Part shown: positions 13,531 to 26,536 of the stretch, piece by piece
How the letters are laid out: each line of letters begins with the position of its first letter
How positions within the stretch are numbered: the first letter of the stretch is position 1
NCBI RefSeq assembly: GCF_963921235.1
Contig: NC_086097.1
Location: 189,474,001 to 189,538,000 of the forward strand
Length of the DNA: 64,000 bases
DNA from: Mobula hypostoma
Taxonomy: Eukaryota
Direction: 5' to 3'
Notes under the pieces: model-generated
Database searches by the model: none
Seen by the model: only the letters and a program-made list of their open reading frames with translations
What the model was told of the DNA's origin: nothing
Translations under genes and position numbers: made by a program

Positions 13531-14849
13531 TCTGAAAATATTTGGAATGAAGATGACATTGAAATCAAAGCTTTTTTTGAAATCACCCACTGAAAGTTTG
13601 GATTAACTCTGGCTGGTAAAACCAACAACTCGGAAATAAAAAACCTCAGAAATACATTTGCATCAGTAAAGAAGGCATGTTGGAAACAAGACTACAGGTG
13701 ACTTCTGTGTAAATGATTTAGGGTTAGTTTTGCTTGATTTATAGGCTCCAATTTCATTTGGTTTGAGAAAGTAACTATTTTTATTAGTTTTTTTTTAATG
13801 TTCCTATAATTAGGAAAACAATCTGGTCAGTAATAATATGATTTGCAAGGTGATTAAGAAAAGCTATTAATGCAGTCAGATGTAAAATAAGTTAGTATAG
13901 CAAGGCGAATTCCTATCCAGAGTGATTACTAAGAATGCATTATTCACCCAATTTAAACATTATAATAGGCCAAAATTTGCTGGAGTATTGCATCTTGTGA
14001 TGAACATTGTGAATTAGGATTTTTCCCATTATGCTGCAGGTTATTTTGCTTTCACACTGCAAATTGCTGGAAGTAAGAATTGGTAATAATGTGCCAAGGT
14101 CAATGAGGTATCTAGGATTCTTTGAATCGTAGGTCCACTGAGAGTTAGGAAAAAGACTACAGAGGAAGCCTGCTTCAGAGAACCTGAAAATGGAATTAAT
14201 TCATTACTGCTCCATAAGTTTAGACAAGCCCAGTGGCATGTTTTAATAACAAATTTGTTTTCAGTTTAGTGAAGCAACAATAAAAGCATTTGAATTGGAA
14301 AAGCATTGGATCAGGAAATCTTAGAGTACATTATTGCTACTACAGATTGCTAAACCACCATTACATCAGCTAATAATGTTTGCTTTCATAACCTCCATAT
14401 GGAGATAAATTAATATTATCCCATTCTTTTAAATTTATTGCTTAAAGTACTCTGCAGATACCGAACATTGAAAAGAAAGTCACTAATGCCAGGGCAGAAA
14501 TTGATTCCGTTCACTCTTCTTCAAAATCATTTTCTTTAGACTTTGTGAATATATTGATCCTTAGACATTCACTTCCATCTCCTGTAGTATACATGGAAAT
14601 GTTGTACTGGTCTGAATAAGCAGTTGCTAATATTGTAAGTAGATCACTCACCTTTGTTTAATTTTTATTTGCAACCTTTGTCAATTCTGGTAAAAAGCAG
14701 CAAAAGCATTTACATTGCAGTTGTACTCTTTTGAAATGGAATGCTTTTTCTTTTAGATATATTTAAAGAAATTATATTGTCTTTTTTATTTACTATTCAA
14801 ATCATATCTAAGCATCTTGAGAGTTAGGAGCCTAAATTGGATTGCATGA

Positions 14850-16660
14850 CATCTGTTGTATATGTGGCAGTGGCTTTCCTTGCTGGAATACCTTCCACCT
14901 ATCTTGAAAACATGTCCACTATTACCAGTACCTCTGAGTATCCTTGACAACTTGATAAAAAAATGTGGTCCATTTGTACAGTGAGTGTAAAAGTAGACCA
15001 GGTGGGTCAGGAGAACTTAATTGTGGCAGCTTTTCTGCTGCTCCAGAATTTGTTTTCTGGCATGTCATGCATCTTTTAAGCATTTGTTAAGCTTGCGTAC
15101 TGAACGCTGGCTCCACCAACATTGGGAAAAGCTGTTGATCGTCTTTTTCACTCCAGTGTTACCCAGGGAGTGTATCTGCTCCACCAGATAAGGAAGTAAC
15201 ATATTAGATCTAGCAGTCTATAACAAGTGCCATATCTCCATACTCCATCACTGTTTAATGTCCCACTATTCTCCATCCAGAACCACTTTTCCTGTCTAGA
15301 GCATTGAGCTTGCATCTCTTGAATATCTTGTATGTTTGTCTGTGATACAGAGTTCAACCTTATTCCCAGGATTTCATTCATAGGCTTCACCGCATGTGTT
15401 CGTAATACTTCTTTTATTTCTTTTACTCTTTCTCATGCTGTCCTTTTTGCATTTCCATGGCTTTCCATTGTAGTCAGTTTGGAGTGGCATTTACATTTCA
15501 ATGCAGCAGCTTCTGCTGGCAGTTGTATGACATCCATAATTTCATGTACTAGTTGGTCACTCTTGATTGGGGTTCCTATAGCCGTAAGAAATTTTCTATA
15601 TCTCCATTAGTTTCCAAAATCCATGAATAACTCCAAAAGCATATTGCGAATCAGTGTAGACATTAGCAGATCTTCCTAATGCCAACCCAGCGGGTTCAAT
15701 CAAAGCTTTCAGTTCTGTCCGTTGCACAGAGGTACCAAGAGCCGTGCTTCCTGATGGCAGCACTTTAGTTTCAGAGGCAACGGGCCATCCGACCATTGAA
15801 TTCCTCTCTCAATCATCGAGGAGTCGTCAGTGAACACAATCAGATCTTTGACTTAGTAATAAACAACAGGATGCTGTCGGTCTCCATGTTCTTGAGTTAA
15901 GACTGCTGTCATGTGTTTCTCATTCACATACAGGATAAATTGTCTACCTGTATCAGGGATGCTTAATGGAAGTGTAGCACACAATGTCACCTTGAAAGTT
16001 TGAAAAGCTTTCTGTTTTTCTTCATTAAGATTCATAGGATTGTCTAAGTGCTTAATGCCTTTCAGCAGATGATGAGTGGTTGGGCAAAAGTTGATGAATC
16101 TACCACTAGCTTGTCAATACATTGATTAATAATGGTTTCATTTTCAGTTCTGTGTGTCTTCACTTCCTTAGCCTTTACTGGAACAAGTTGAGACATAGCT
16201 GTCAATCTTATTGGTTCATCAATGTCATCCTCACTTGAGTCACTAAGGCTTGCTGTGGAATCCATGTCATGTCCATCCTTTAGGTGGTGGCACTATATCA
16301 GGAATGTCCAATGTAGGCTGTAAGTCTTTGGAGTTCGAATCGTGGCACTGTCACAGGGGACTGTTCGATGCTCGCAGGGCGGAGCTGCAGAGGTAGCGCC
16401 ACTAACATTACTAGAAGCTTCACTGAAAGTGTCACTAGGAGCATCACTAGCAAGGCTGCCCATTTGAAGTTCTGTTTGCATTCCTCCAAATTCCTTTAGT
16501 TTGCCTCTGATCTCCATACAATGCACATTAATTTTATCATGTTGTTTCTTCGCACCTTCGGTTAATGCAAAGATTTGCTCTTTAGGCTTTTTACTATCTC
16601 TGTCATCCTGCTTTTGTAGTTTGCCACAAGTTTTGTATTTCTTTCCCAATTGATTAATAA
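14850..16660 (-). mobile_element. Endogenous retrovirus relic: possible gag, pol connection domain, RNase H and integrase; RT core apparently deleted
   Basis: Connection/tether LSIPDTGRQFILYVNEKHMTAVLTQEHGDRQHPVVYY (15853-16035). RNase H DLIVFTDDSS...SVQRTELKAL...ANVYTDSQYAFGVIH. Integrase CMTCQKTN...QMDHIFLSSCQGYSEVLVIVDMFSR*VEGIPARKATA (~14860-15080). Confidence 0.85.
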
Positions 16661-16930
16661 AAGTATTTACTCACCTTGTTAACCTTTTAATTCACTTGTA
16701 TATTCAATCAACTCAAGCACAAGTCAATTTAGAGTTAATTTTACCTCTAAATTAATAGCAGCCATTTCATTTCCCTCAGGCATTTTTTGAATCATAATTA
16801 ACTTAGAATTGTTGGTGTATTTCGTCCGGATGTTTTATTGTCTGAGATGTTTTATTTAAGTAAACGCTTTTAGTAGGTTTCATAACTTTGGACATTGTTT
16901 TGAGTCAATCTAAATGTGTACATACTTTTT

Positions 16931-17731
16931 CCGTGTAAGCGGAACAAGTGCTACACATGCCCTTACACTTCCTCCCTTACCACCATTCAGGGCCCCAAAC
17001 AGTCCTTCCAGGTGAGGCATCACTTCACCTGTGAGTCGACTGGGGTGATATACTGCGTCCGGTGCTCCCGATGTGGCCTTTTATATATTGGTGAGACCCG
17101 ACGCAGACTGGGAGACCGCTTTGCTGAACATCTACGCTCTGTCCGCCAGAGAAAGCAGGATCTCCCAGTGGCCACACATTTTAATTCCACACCCCATTCC
17201 CATTCTGACATGTCTATCCACGGCCTCCTCTACTGTAAAGATGAAGCCACACTCAGGTTGGAGGAACAACACCTTATATTCCGTCTGGGTAGCGTCCAAC
17301 CTGATGGCATGAACATTGACTTCTCTAACTTCCGCTAGGCCCCACCTCCCCCTCGTACCCCAGCTGTTACTCATTTTTATGCACACATTCTTTCTCTCAC
17401 TCTCCTTTTTCTCCCTCTGTCCCTCTGAATATACCTCTTGCCCATCCTCTGGGTCACCCCCCGCCCCGTCTTTCTTCCCGGACCTCCTGTCCCATGATCC
17501 TCTCGTATCCCCTTTTGCCTATCACCTGTCCAGCTCTCGGCTCTATCCCTCCCCCTCCTGTCTTCTCCTATCATTTTGGATCTCCCCCTCCCCCTCCCAC
17601 TTTCAAATCCCTTACTCACTCTTCCTTCAGTTAGTCCTGACGAAGGGTCTCGGCCTGAAACGTCGACTGCGCCTCTTCCTATAGATGCTGCTTGGCCTGC
17701 TGCGTTCACCAGCAACTTTGATGTATGTTGC
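16931..17731 (+). mobile_element. 5'-truncated Penelope-like element (GIY-YIG endonuclease end, 3'UTR/pLTR), probably Neptune clade
   Basis: ORF PCKRNKCYTCPY...GVIYCVRCSRCGLLYIGETRRRLGDRFAEH...HF...RLEEQHLI...GMN. Exact 15-bp TSD GTGTACATACTTTTT at 16916-16930 and 17732-17746. Confidence 0.93.
17628..17669 (+). ncRNA. Minimal type-I hammerhead ribozyme motif in Penelope pLTR
   Basis: AGTC-CTGACGA-AGG(gtctcgg)CCT-GAAAC-GTC-GACT: intact CUGANGA and GAAA cores, stem II, stem I AGTC/GACT, and palindromic ACGT in place of stem III. Predicted cleavage after 17664. Confidence 0.85.
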
Positions 17732-19039
17732 GTGTACATACTTTTTATTATTTTGACCTCGATCTTGAAGTATTCATAGACTGCTACCAAAATGTTATGT
17801 TTTCTCTTAGCTTGCAGGTAGTTTTCTCACACACTCTATTGGCTTGTACAAATTTAATTTTCTTTTATCCATGCACTGCTGCTTGTGTAAACTTATTTTT
17901 TTCTCTCTCTACTGGCTTGTGTTTCTTTTTTACCACACTGGTTTTTAAAAATAGTAACATACAGTTCCGCACTCCTAACTCTCATCCGATGAAGTTGAAG
18001 CCAGCTTTCTCTTAGACAAATTGGAACATGAGAGGACATTCTTACCCCTTTGTTACTCGCTAAAAACTCCATTATGTCTGTGATTGTTCCAAGTCCTTAA
18101 ACTTCATAACCATCCTGCCAGCTACATCAATTGCTGGATCCTGATGTTTTAATCCAAAGTTCTTTCTGAAGTCAGGAAAGATGCAGAGGACTTGTTGCTT
18201 TATGATCATTTTATTAAGCATTCATTGAACAAAGAGAAATTCAAATGAACAGCGATAAAGGTCGACTAAGCAAAGGGAGAGCCAAAGGAACTAAGATCGC
18301 ACTGCTTGTAGTTAGCTCTTTTAATAGCCAAAGATAAAGAAATTCTATTCAAATTTGTAGTTAGGAGTTAACCAATGAGATAGCTCTTATTCAAATAATA
18401 CAGTATGAGAGAAGCTTCCAAAATCATACTTTGTAGCCACCAGAGAACACATTGAATTTGTATATACCTATTGTGACCACTAGGAAGCATAGTAAGCAGT
18501 TACTTGTATACAAGAACCACACAAAATATAAGCAGATCATTAATTGTTAAACTGCAAAGAAAATAACAATTAAACAGCCTAATCTGAGAATTAGCAGTCT
18601 GGCTAACATCGTTATTGTGTAACATGCAGATCGAAGATGGAATAGAATATGAGATATATACTACTGATGGGAAGTGTATCTGATGCAATCTTAACAAAGG
18701 GGTTTTCCTGTGTGGGTAATAATAGACAGGCCCAAAAATCTGTTGGCACAATCATTAATAACAACAAGTTCCAAATAGCTTCCCAGGGGTAGTTTGACTA
18801 GGCACCTTCTGGAGGGATTCATATTTGCATTCTTTCAAGTATTTGACCCATACCTAACAGTCTTGCAACAGAATTTTTCAGCATTATCAGATGAAATTTA
18901 GTCAAATTATTCAAAAAACACTTGTTGGTTGCTAAGAGATTGTTAAGATTTTTCTCATGCTCTTTGCTCTACTGCTGCGTGATCTAAAAGGAAAAAAATC
19001 ATTTGGAATTTCCACTGTCTACTCTGTAGGCAAATTATT

Positions 19040-19520
19040 CACTGGAAAATCTCATGTAATTTTATTAAGTCTCTGCTCAGCCTCAATTACTCCAAGGGAT
19101 CCAGCCTAATTTATCCAACCTCCCCCCATTACTGAAGTCCTTCAATCCAGGCAATGTTATGGTGAATGCAATCACAACCTTCCCTCAGAGCGGTGACTAG
19201 AACTGCATCAAAACTAATAGCAGAATTCTTGTCTTTATTACAGCTTATAAAAGTATCTAGAACTAGAGGGCATAGGTTTAGGGTAAGGCTTGCAAAGTTT
19301 AGGGAGAGGTTTAGTAGAGGGTTGGAATCTGGAAAACACTGTCTGAATTGATGGTGGAAACAGAGATCATTTATGAAGTCCTTAGCTGAAAACTTGAATC
19401 ACCTATGTTTATAAGGCTCTGGACTAAGTGGTGCTAAATAGGATTCGAATTGTTGGGTAGTTAATGGTCAGAACAGACTTGGAGTGCTGAAGGGCCTCTT
19501 CCTGTATGGTATAGTTCTAT
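19040..19520. mobile_element. Decayed CR1 3' fragments in opposite orientations
   Basis: ~19040-19210 is minus-strand CR1-like. ~19245-19520 is plus-strand (VSRTRGHRFRVR...GAAGGGCCTCTTCCTGTATGGTATAGTTCTAT). Confidence 0.55.
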
Positions 19521-19574
19521 TAATATGACTATGACTGATTTCTTTCTCTGCATATAGACATTTGTGTGTCTTTC

Positions 19575-20195
19575 CTATAGATGGGTGGTGGAGGGGACAT
19601 TGTCTGGTTGCATAATGGTCTGGTTTGGAAACACCAATACTCTTGAAGGGAAAATCCTATAAAAAGTAATGGATACAATGCAGAGCATTGCAAGTAAACC
19701 CCTTCCCACCATTGAGCACATCTCCATGGAGTGCTGTCACAGGAAAGCAGAATCCATCATCAAGGACCCCCACCATCCAGGGCCATTCTGTCTTCTCGCT
19801 GCTGCCATCAGGAAGAAGATGCAGGAGACTCAGCATCCACTTCATCAGGCTGAGGAACAGTTATTAACCCTCAGCCATCAAGCTTTCGAAGCAGAGAGAA
19901 TAACTTCACTCAACTTTACTTGCCATATCAATGAACTGTCCCCACAACCTCTGAACTCACTTTCAAGGACTCTACATCTCATGTTCTTGATACTTATTGC
20001 TTATTTATTTATTATTATTTTTGTATTGGCACAGATTGTTGTCTCTTGCACATTGGTTGTTTGTCTGTCCTATTGGATGCAGTCTTTCAACGATTCTGTT
20101 CTGTTTCTTGGATTTACTGTATATGTCTGCAAGAAAACAAATCTCACGGTTGTGTACAGTGACATACAAGTACTTTGTTAATAAATTTACTTTGT
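19575..20195 (+). mobile_element. Rex1/Babar 3' fragment
   Basis: LPTIEHISMECCHRKAESIIKDPHHPG. Ends AATAAATTTACTTTG. Confidence 0.75.
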
Positions 20196-20284
20196 AGTTT
20201 GCAGTTGTCAACCATTCTAACATTGAAGTGGAACTGTTGGAACTCTGTTCAGAATGTTAATTACTTGAGTGAAACAAGTGTCAC

Positions 20285-20490
20285 GGAATCACAGTTATAC
20301 AGCACAGCCTAACTTGTCCATGCTGACCATGATGTCTTCCTGAGCCAGCCACATTTGCCCGTCTTTGTCCCTTATCTCTCAAAACCTTTCCAACCGTCTA
20401 TGTGTCTTTCAAATGTTGTAATTAAACTCACTTCTCCCACTGTCTCTGGCTGCTCAATCCATAAACTCACTACCCTCTGTGTAAAGGGAA
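20285..20490 (-). mobile_element. CR1 3' end fragment
   Basis: CACAGTTATACAGCACAGCC...TCCATGCTGACC...ACCCTCTGTGTAAAG is a reverse-complement CR1 3' end. Confidence 0.55.
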
Positions 20491-20872
20491 TTCTCATTTC
20501 TCCTTTATATTGTTGCAGGTATCCACCCTCAACAATATTAATTGATTTGGCACAAAGAGTTTATTTTTAATTAAACGGACAATAATTTTTATTGGCTCAG
20601 TTAAAAACAAACATGCAAGTCATACAACAGTATTTTATCTGCGTGGACACCCAGTAGGTTTCCCTAATCCTCCCTGAAGTGTGGAAGATGAACTGAATAT
20701 GTAAAAGTGCAGCACATCCCTGTTTATCATAGTATTAGTTAAGCTGCCAAACAGGTCTCTAAGCCCAGTGTGCTACCTTCACCAATACTGGAGATCTTTA
20801 AGAACATTATTGCTGTTAATGTGACTGTTATAGCATATAATACCAGTTAATAGCATTTTGATTAGAACTCTC

Positions 20873-21733
20873 TGTTACGTACCCTGTAACTGGGTTGCCA
20901 AACCAGCAGAAATGGATCACTCAGTTGGAGTCTGGATTACTAGAACTAAGAAAGTTTTATTAAAGAAACAAGCAACACAGTAATCGAAAGGATAATAAAT
21001 GCAACAGTTCAGCGATGATAAACACACATGTGCACAGAATTAAGATAACAGCATCAATCAAGCTCTATCGTTGTCTAAGGGTAAATGACCAAATTTCAAA
21101 GTGACTCAAAGTTCAGTCCAGTTTAGTAGTTCAGTTCGCAGTAATCGTTGCCATGGCGATGGACAACGTGGGGGGAGAGAGAGAGAGAACAGGAACAACT
21201 GATCATTCAGACACGGCTTCACTCCCAGACCGGCGAGATGGCTCACAAACAGCTTTTGGACAGGTCCTTGGTGATGTCACCTGAGGTCACCGACTGCGAC
21301 CCCTCCTCCAGATGCGGTCGATCCTCTGCAGTGAACCCGGCACCCAGGTAAGGGTGGACACACACCGGGTTCCCGCTGATCGTACCTTTCCACCCTGTGC
21401 GTTGTCTGGTCCTTCTCACCGACTCGTGAGAGGCGTACCGCTTCCAGGGTCTCGTTACCTCGGGTGTCGTGTGTGTCGCCTTAGCGAACCGGTCCCTTTT
21501 TATCCCCCTGCTGGGGTATCGCCTGTCCATCACTTCAAACAGTTCAAGGTTCAAAGAGGGGAGCCGCTCCAGACAGCTCTTCCTCCCACATCCCTTCATT
21601 ACACATCTCCAGACGCTGCTCCATTGTTCCTTATCTCTCCTTCCCCTGAGGGCAGGTGGCAGACCACTTGCTGATGTCACTGATGCTAACCCAGGCCAGC
21701 AAACATCTTAATTTTATGTGTATTCTCGTCACA
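20873..21733. mobile_element. Solo LTR (Gypsy-type), 861 bp
   Basis: Termini TGTTACG...CGTCACA (TG..CA, short inverted ends) with an exact 4-bp TSD TCTC (20869-20872 / 21734-21737). CpG-rich relative to its flanks. Confidence 0.8.
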
Positions 21734-22079
21734 TCTCATAGACAAATTTCACAAAATCATTGTTCTCTACATTATTCATGACATGTTTTATATTGAAGCT
21801 TGACAAAATAAAACTTGTCTTAGTTTTTGCTTCTGTATTCACAAAGAAACAGAACGATTGCACAATGGAAGTAGAAGCACAAGACTCAGAACTTTGTCCT
21901 TGCCAATGTCTTGATGGGTGCCAGTTTTACTGGGAACTTGAAGTTGTGTCCTAGCTATCCAGCAGCTTTGGACACTGATAGAAACAAAAATCTTACATAG
22001 TCAATAAATCCTCAATATAATTTAAAGTGCTTGTGGGAGTAGTGCGCCAGCTTCCCTTGGGAAATTGTTAATCTGGTAC

Positions 22080-22900
22080 GCTGCAAGTTTGTTTCGCTGA
22101 TTTATTGGATGCGAGCAGAGGCGTGTGGAGGGGGCTGACTTGGTGTAGTAAGGGCTAGGCTCGAATTCACAGTGTTGCCTGTTTGCAGCCATCCAGAGTG
22201 AGGGGACAAAGCTATTGTGCTTTACCAGGGGCGATGTGGCACGGTGTCCAGAACGGAGTCGGAGCTGCCCTCTCAGGGTTTCACTCACCGGAAGACAAGC
22301 TCTGTAGTGGCTGACTGCAGAGTTTTTAGTGGCACTCAATGGGCTCGGGCCTCAAGCTGTGGGGTTGCCTGCTTTCAGCCACCGGCAGAGAAGCGTCCAA
22401 GCCATATTATGCTCTATCGGATATGACGTAGCGCAGTTGTGCTGACTGAAGATTTAAAATAGACTGAGGGGTCTGGACTATATATACTTGTCTGGTTGTG
22501 TTTTGTATATATGAGGACCAGGCCTCAAGATCACTGTGTCACCTAGTGAGTATGGGTGGGGGGGGGACAGTTGACAGATGATATCAGTGGGCTGGGAGTG
22601 ACCTGGACTATATATAAAGATATATATACAGGAATATTTACATTGTTGCATTTTCACTGATATTCTATGTTTTTATTTAACCTGTATGCATCAAGCCGTG
22701 GCATGGCGGTGGGGGGGGTGTGGGGTTGGTGGGCCTTGGGACTCTTATTAAGTGATTGTGATCTTGTGTGTGCTTACTGTATGACCGTGTGTGACTGTTG
22801 ATAATGTGTCTTTGCACCTTGACCCCATAGTAACGCCGACTCGTTTGGCTGTATTCATACACGATATTAATATATGGTTAAATAACAATTAAACTTAAAT
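22080..22900 (+). repeat. Non-autonomous Rex1-tail repeat
   Basis: 3' end TTTGCACCTTGACCCCATAGTAACG...CAATTAAACTTAAAT resembles the other Rex1-type tails in the window. Confidence 0.45.
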
Positions 22901-25029
22901 AGAAATCTTTTCACCCAAATACTCCCATGATCTTTCAGATCACTTCCTTAAGGCACTCGCTCTGCTCCACATCCCAATCTGGAAACAGCAGGACAAAAAT
23001 TGACCCTTTTATAAAATATAACCTTGCAGCAAATGAAAAATTTTAAATCGATTTGTATATCTTTATAAGTTGACTTTGTTTCCTCTGTAGGACTGTATGA
23101 GGGTGGATTTATGTGTTGTACATAGTATGAAGAGTTATTACACATTCACTCTCTCTCACACACACATAGTTTCCTCTAGCTTTGCTCAATGGTTTTTTCC
23201 TACATTCAAGTCCTTTATACCATTTCCTGTCCAACATCACCTGTCCTATCATCACTAACAACAAATAAACTGCTGGAGGTACTCAGTTAGATTTACCACC
23301 ACCTCAATCCTTTCAAACAACATTCTCTTCCCCAACAGAAGCTACTTAATGAATTTCATTACACTTACCACACCATTTTCTGAGTATTTTGCAACTTCTC
23401 AAAATAACCGATGAATGGCTGAAACTCTATTCCTCATCATTACTAGCTCATACTCCCCACCCCTGCTTCCATACCTTATCTGTAATTGCATTTACTTCTG
23501 CTCCCATTTCTCTTTGCTCAAAAGGTGTCAATGAGTTCTGGATTTTGAGAGGAACCAAAATAATATAAAATCCCAAAAAGACATTTTAAACACTTTAACC
23601 CTAATAATTGTCTCCTGTTAATAACTCTAATACACTAAATGTATCTTTTGTTTATTTTTAGGTTTTGTCTTTAATTTGTATGCTATAGATTTCAGTGAAT
23701 GGTTAAAACGGGACCTAAAAATACCATTTTGTATGATTTGTTGGAATCATGTATGCAGATGCCGGAATTCTAAAATCTAGCTAGAAAACCCATTAGTCGC
23801 CCCATTTTTACCCTTTCGGAAGCACCTCTCCTCTACCATCCTTGGGGCTTAACAAAGTTCTTTTGTCCCCTTTCCAGCTCAGGAGAAGGGCCTTCAACCT
23901 GAAATATTAACTGTTTCTCATCCCATAGAGTTATTTCCAACATTTTCTCTTTTAATTACCATCACATTGTCCTCTACCTTCAGAATTTATTCCATTCAGT
24001 TCAAATGTTTTCAATTCCCCTTTTAAAGCTGATTAGTTAAATCAAGGGCAATTAAAGATGAGCAATCAATACAGTGTACACTAAAGATGTCCGTATCCTA
24101 TCATTAAGAAATTCTGACATTCTACTCTAATACTGATACTGTTAAATAAAGGAGAAAGGAGCATAAATACTTGCATTGACCACTTGGGCCAATTGGCCTA
24201 TTTCTGTCCTATACATACTTAGATTGAGACTGCAGTTGAAAATCACAAAAAAAAATCATGACTCCACTGTTCTGAAACTAATCTGATGGCATCTGATTTT
24301 TTAAAATTTTCAAGCAAATTGGTATCCAGCTGCACTTCTTTTAAATAGAAAGAACTTGAGACCCATTGTTACAAGATGTCCTCAGTCAATTCTGCTTTGA
24401 ACTGCTTCCTTTTATCTAGCTGTCTGCACCTTAATTGAAGTTCAGTCTGTTGGTTACTTTCAAACATCCGGAAACCTCAAAAAGAAGGAAGACATTTATT
24501 TATTCAGGAGAGTTAGAGGGGAGGAAGTGGGGGTATTGGTAGACGCATAAAACTTGCTGCCACGTGGACTGGCTGAGGCAAATGGAGCAGATGCATTAAG
24601 TGAGAACCTAATCACATGAAAGAGAAAGGAATGGTGGAAGGATTCTCAGTTGGAGCATATGCACTAGCTAAATGAACAACTCCTCTGCTGTAAATACTGT
24701 GAAACTTCACTGCAAGTAATATTCCTAGATTGTTCTTTCTCTGAAATTATAATGACTTGATGTAAGTAATAGCATAGAACCCCTAATTTAGTCCTTCAAT
24801 GTCATAACATTTCATAAGGTTTTTTGAAACTGTACAGAGTAAGGCATCGCTCAGGAATTATAGAAGTTACAATCATCTTGGGGACTAGACTAACACTCTG
24901 ATTTCTGGGAGTTAGATTTAATAACTAAATCCTTTGTGGCCTATGTGAAATAGATTTATCAATTAACGCTAATCTAATCTAAATTCATCATATGTTAGTG
25001 AAAGTGGCTCTATATAATTCATATCTCTC

Positions 25030-25807
25030 AGGAAATTATTGTGGACTTCAGGAAGGTGCAGATAAACCATTCTCCTCTGCGAATACGTGACTCCTCTGTA
25101 GAGAGAGTTAAGTGCACCATGTTCCTGGGAGTTCACATCACGGATGACCTCACCTGGTCCCTCAGCATCACCTCCCTGAACAAGAAGGTACAACAGCGCC
25201 TCCACTTCCTAAGAAGATTGAGGTAAGCAAGGCTCTCACACCCACCACCTCCATCTTAAATCTGTTTTACAAGAGCACCATTGAGACCGTCCTGACAAGT
25301 TGCATCTCCATCTGGTATGGGAGCAGTTGAGTGTTAGACTGGAAGTCCCTACAAAGGACTGTGAGAACAGCTGAGAGGATCATAGGGGTGTCCCTACCAT
25401 CCACTGGGGACACTTACCAGGAGTGCTGCATACGTAGAGCCACTAGTATTATTAAGGATTCCATCCATCCATGCAGCAATCTCTTTGACTTTCTACCATC
25501 AGGCAGGAGGCTATGATGCATAAAAACAAGAACAGTCAGAATGAGAAACAGCTTTTTCCCCCAGGCCATTAGGCTTCTTAATTCCCGGCTGCATCACATT
25601 CAAAGTGTCACTGGTTAATCTGTTCTGTACCTTCCAATATTTAAAATCAATGCACTTTAGTTTATTATTTATGTGTGACTCATCTGTAGTTATGTGTGCT
25701 ATGTGTACCGCAGTGCTTTATACCCTGGTTCGAAGAAACATGGTCTCATTTCTATGTACGTTATATTCATGTATATAGTTGAATGACTATAAACTTGACT
25801 TGACTTG
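25030..25807 (+). mobile_element. Rex1/Babar 3' fragment
   Basis: DFRK...VERVKCTMFLGVHITDDLTWS...QQRLHFLRRLR and IIKDSIHP...LPSGRRL. (ACTTG)n tail. Confidence 0.85.
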
Positions 25808-26536
25808 GAACTATTTGGTCTAATAGTACCTAGTCTGCAACACTGTGTTTGCTATCTGATGCAGATCTTTACATTATCCAAATAGATTTGTGCAATATTC
25901 TGGAACTCAAAGGTTGAATGAGAGTTCTCTTTGGCTGATGGAATGTTCCAGATACCACGCTTTGAATTTTATTGACAATGCTGAATAAGTCACTATGCGT
26001 TACGTCAATTTTGAATGAGAAATTTACTTTGAGTTTTTTTGTGAAGCACTGAATTCACTGGTGCCAGGGAGAAACAGCATAACATTCTGAAAGTTTCCCA
26101 AACTGGCTCCTCTTTGTTTCCACATGTCATAGTGTCAAATAATGACTATTTTCTACTTTTACTTGTAATTCACGGAGTCAAGCAACTTCCACACAAACAA
26201 ATACTGTAAATGATTTGAAAAGTGGATTTGTGTTTCAGTCTACATGGCACTGTTGACATTGAGGTATAAAAAAAGATATGTAATTGATAAACTTTTATTA
26301 TACTTGTCAAAGCACGAAGCATACAGTGCAGTACCAATAAAGCATACCATAATCAGAAATTAGATTTTTGTTTCTGTATAGTTAAATGTATTTTGATTAT
26401 GAACGTTTGTTTATTTAGTATGAGATCATGTCCAGCATCACTTTAATAGTTTAATGGTTCAGATAATAATAAAAAAAAATCATTTAATTTAAATTTACTG
26501 AGATTTCTTTGTCTCACTTCAAAAGCTGGTGGCTTC

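Noticed and set aside
21148..21711. Overlapping 67-145 aa ORFs
   Set aside because: They lie within the GC-rich solo LTR and have no recognisable protein motifs.
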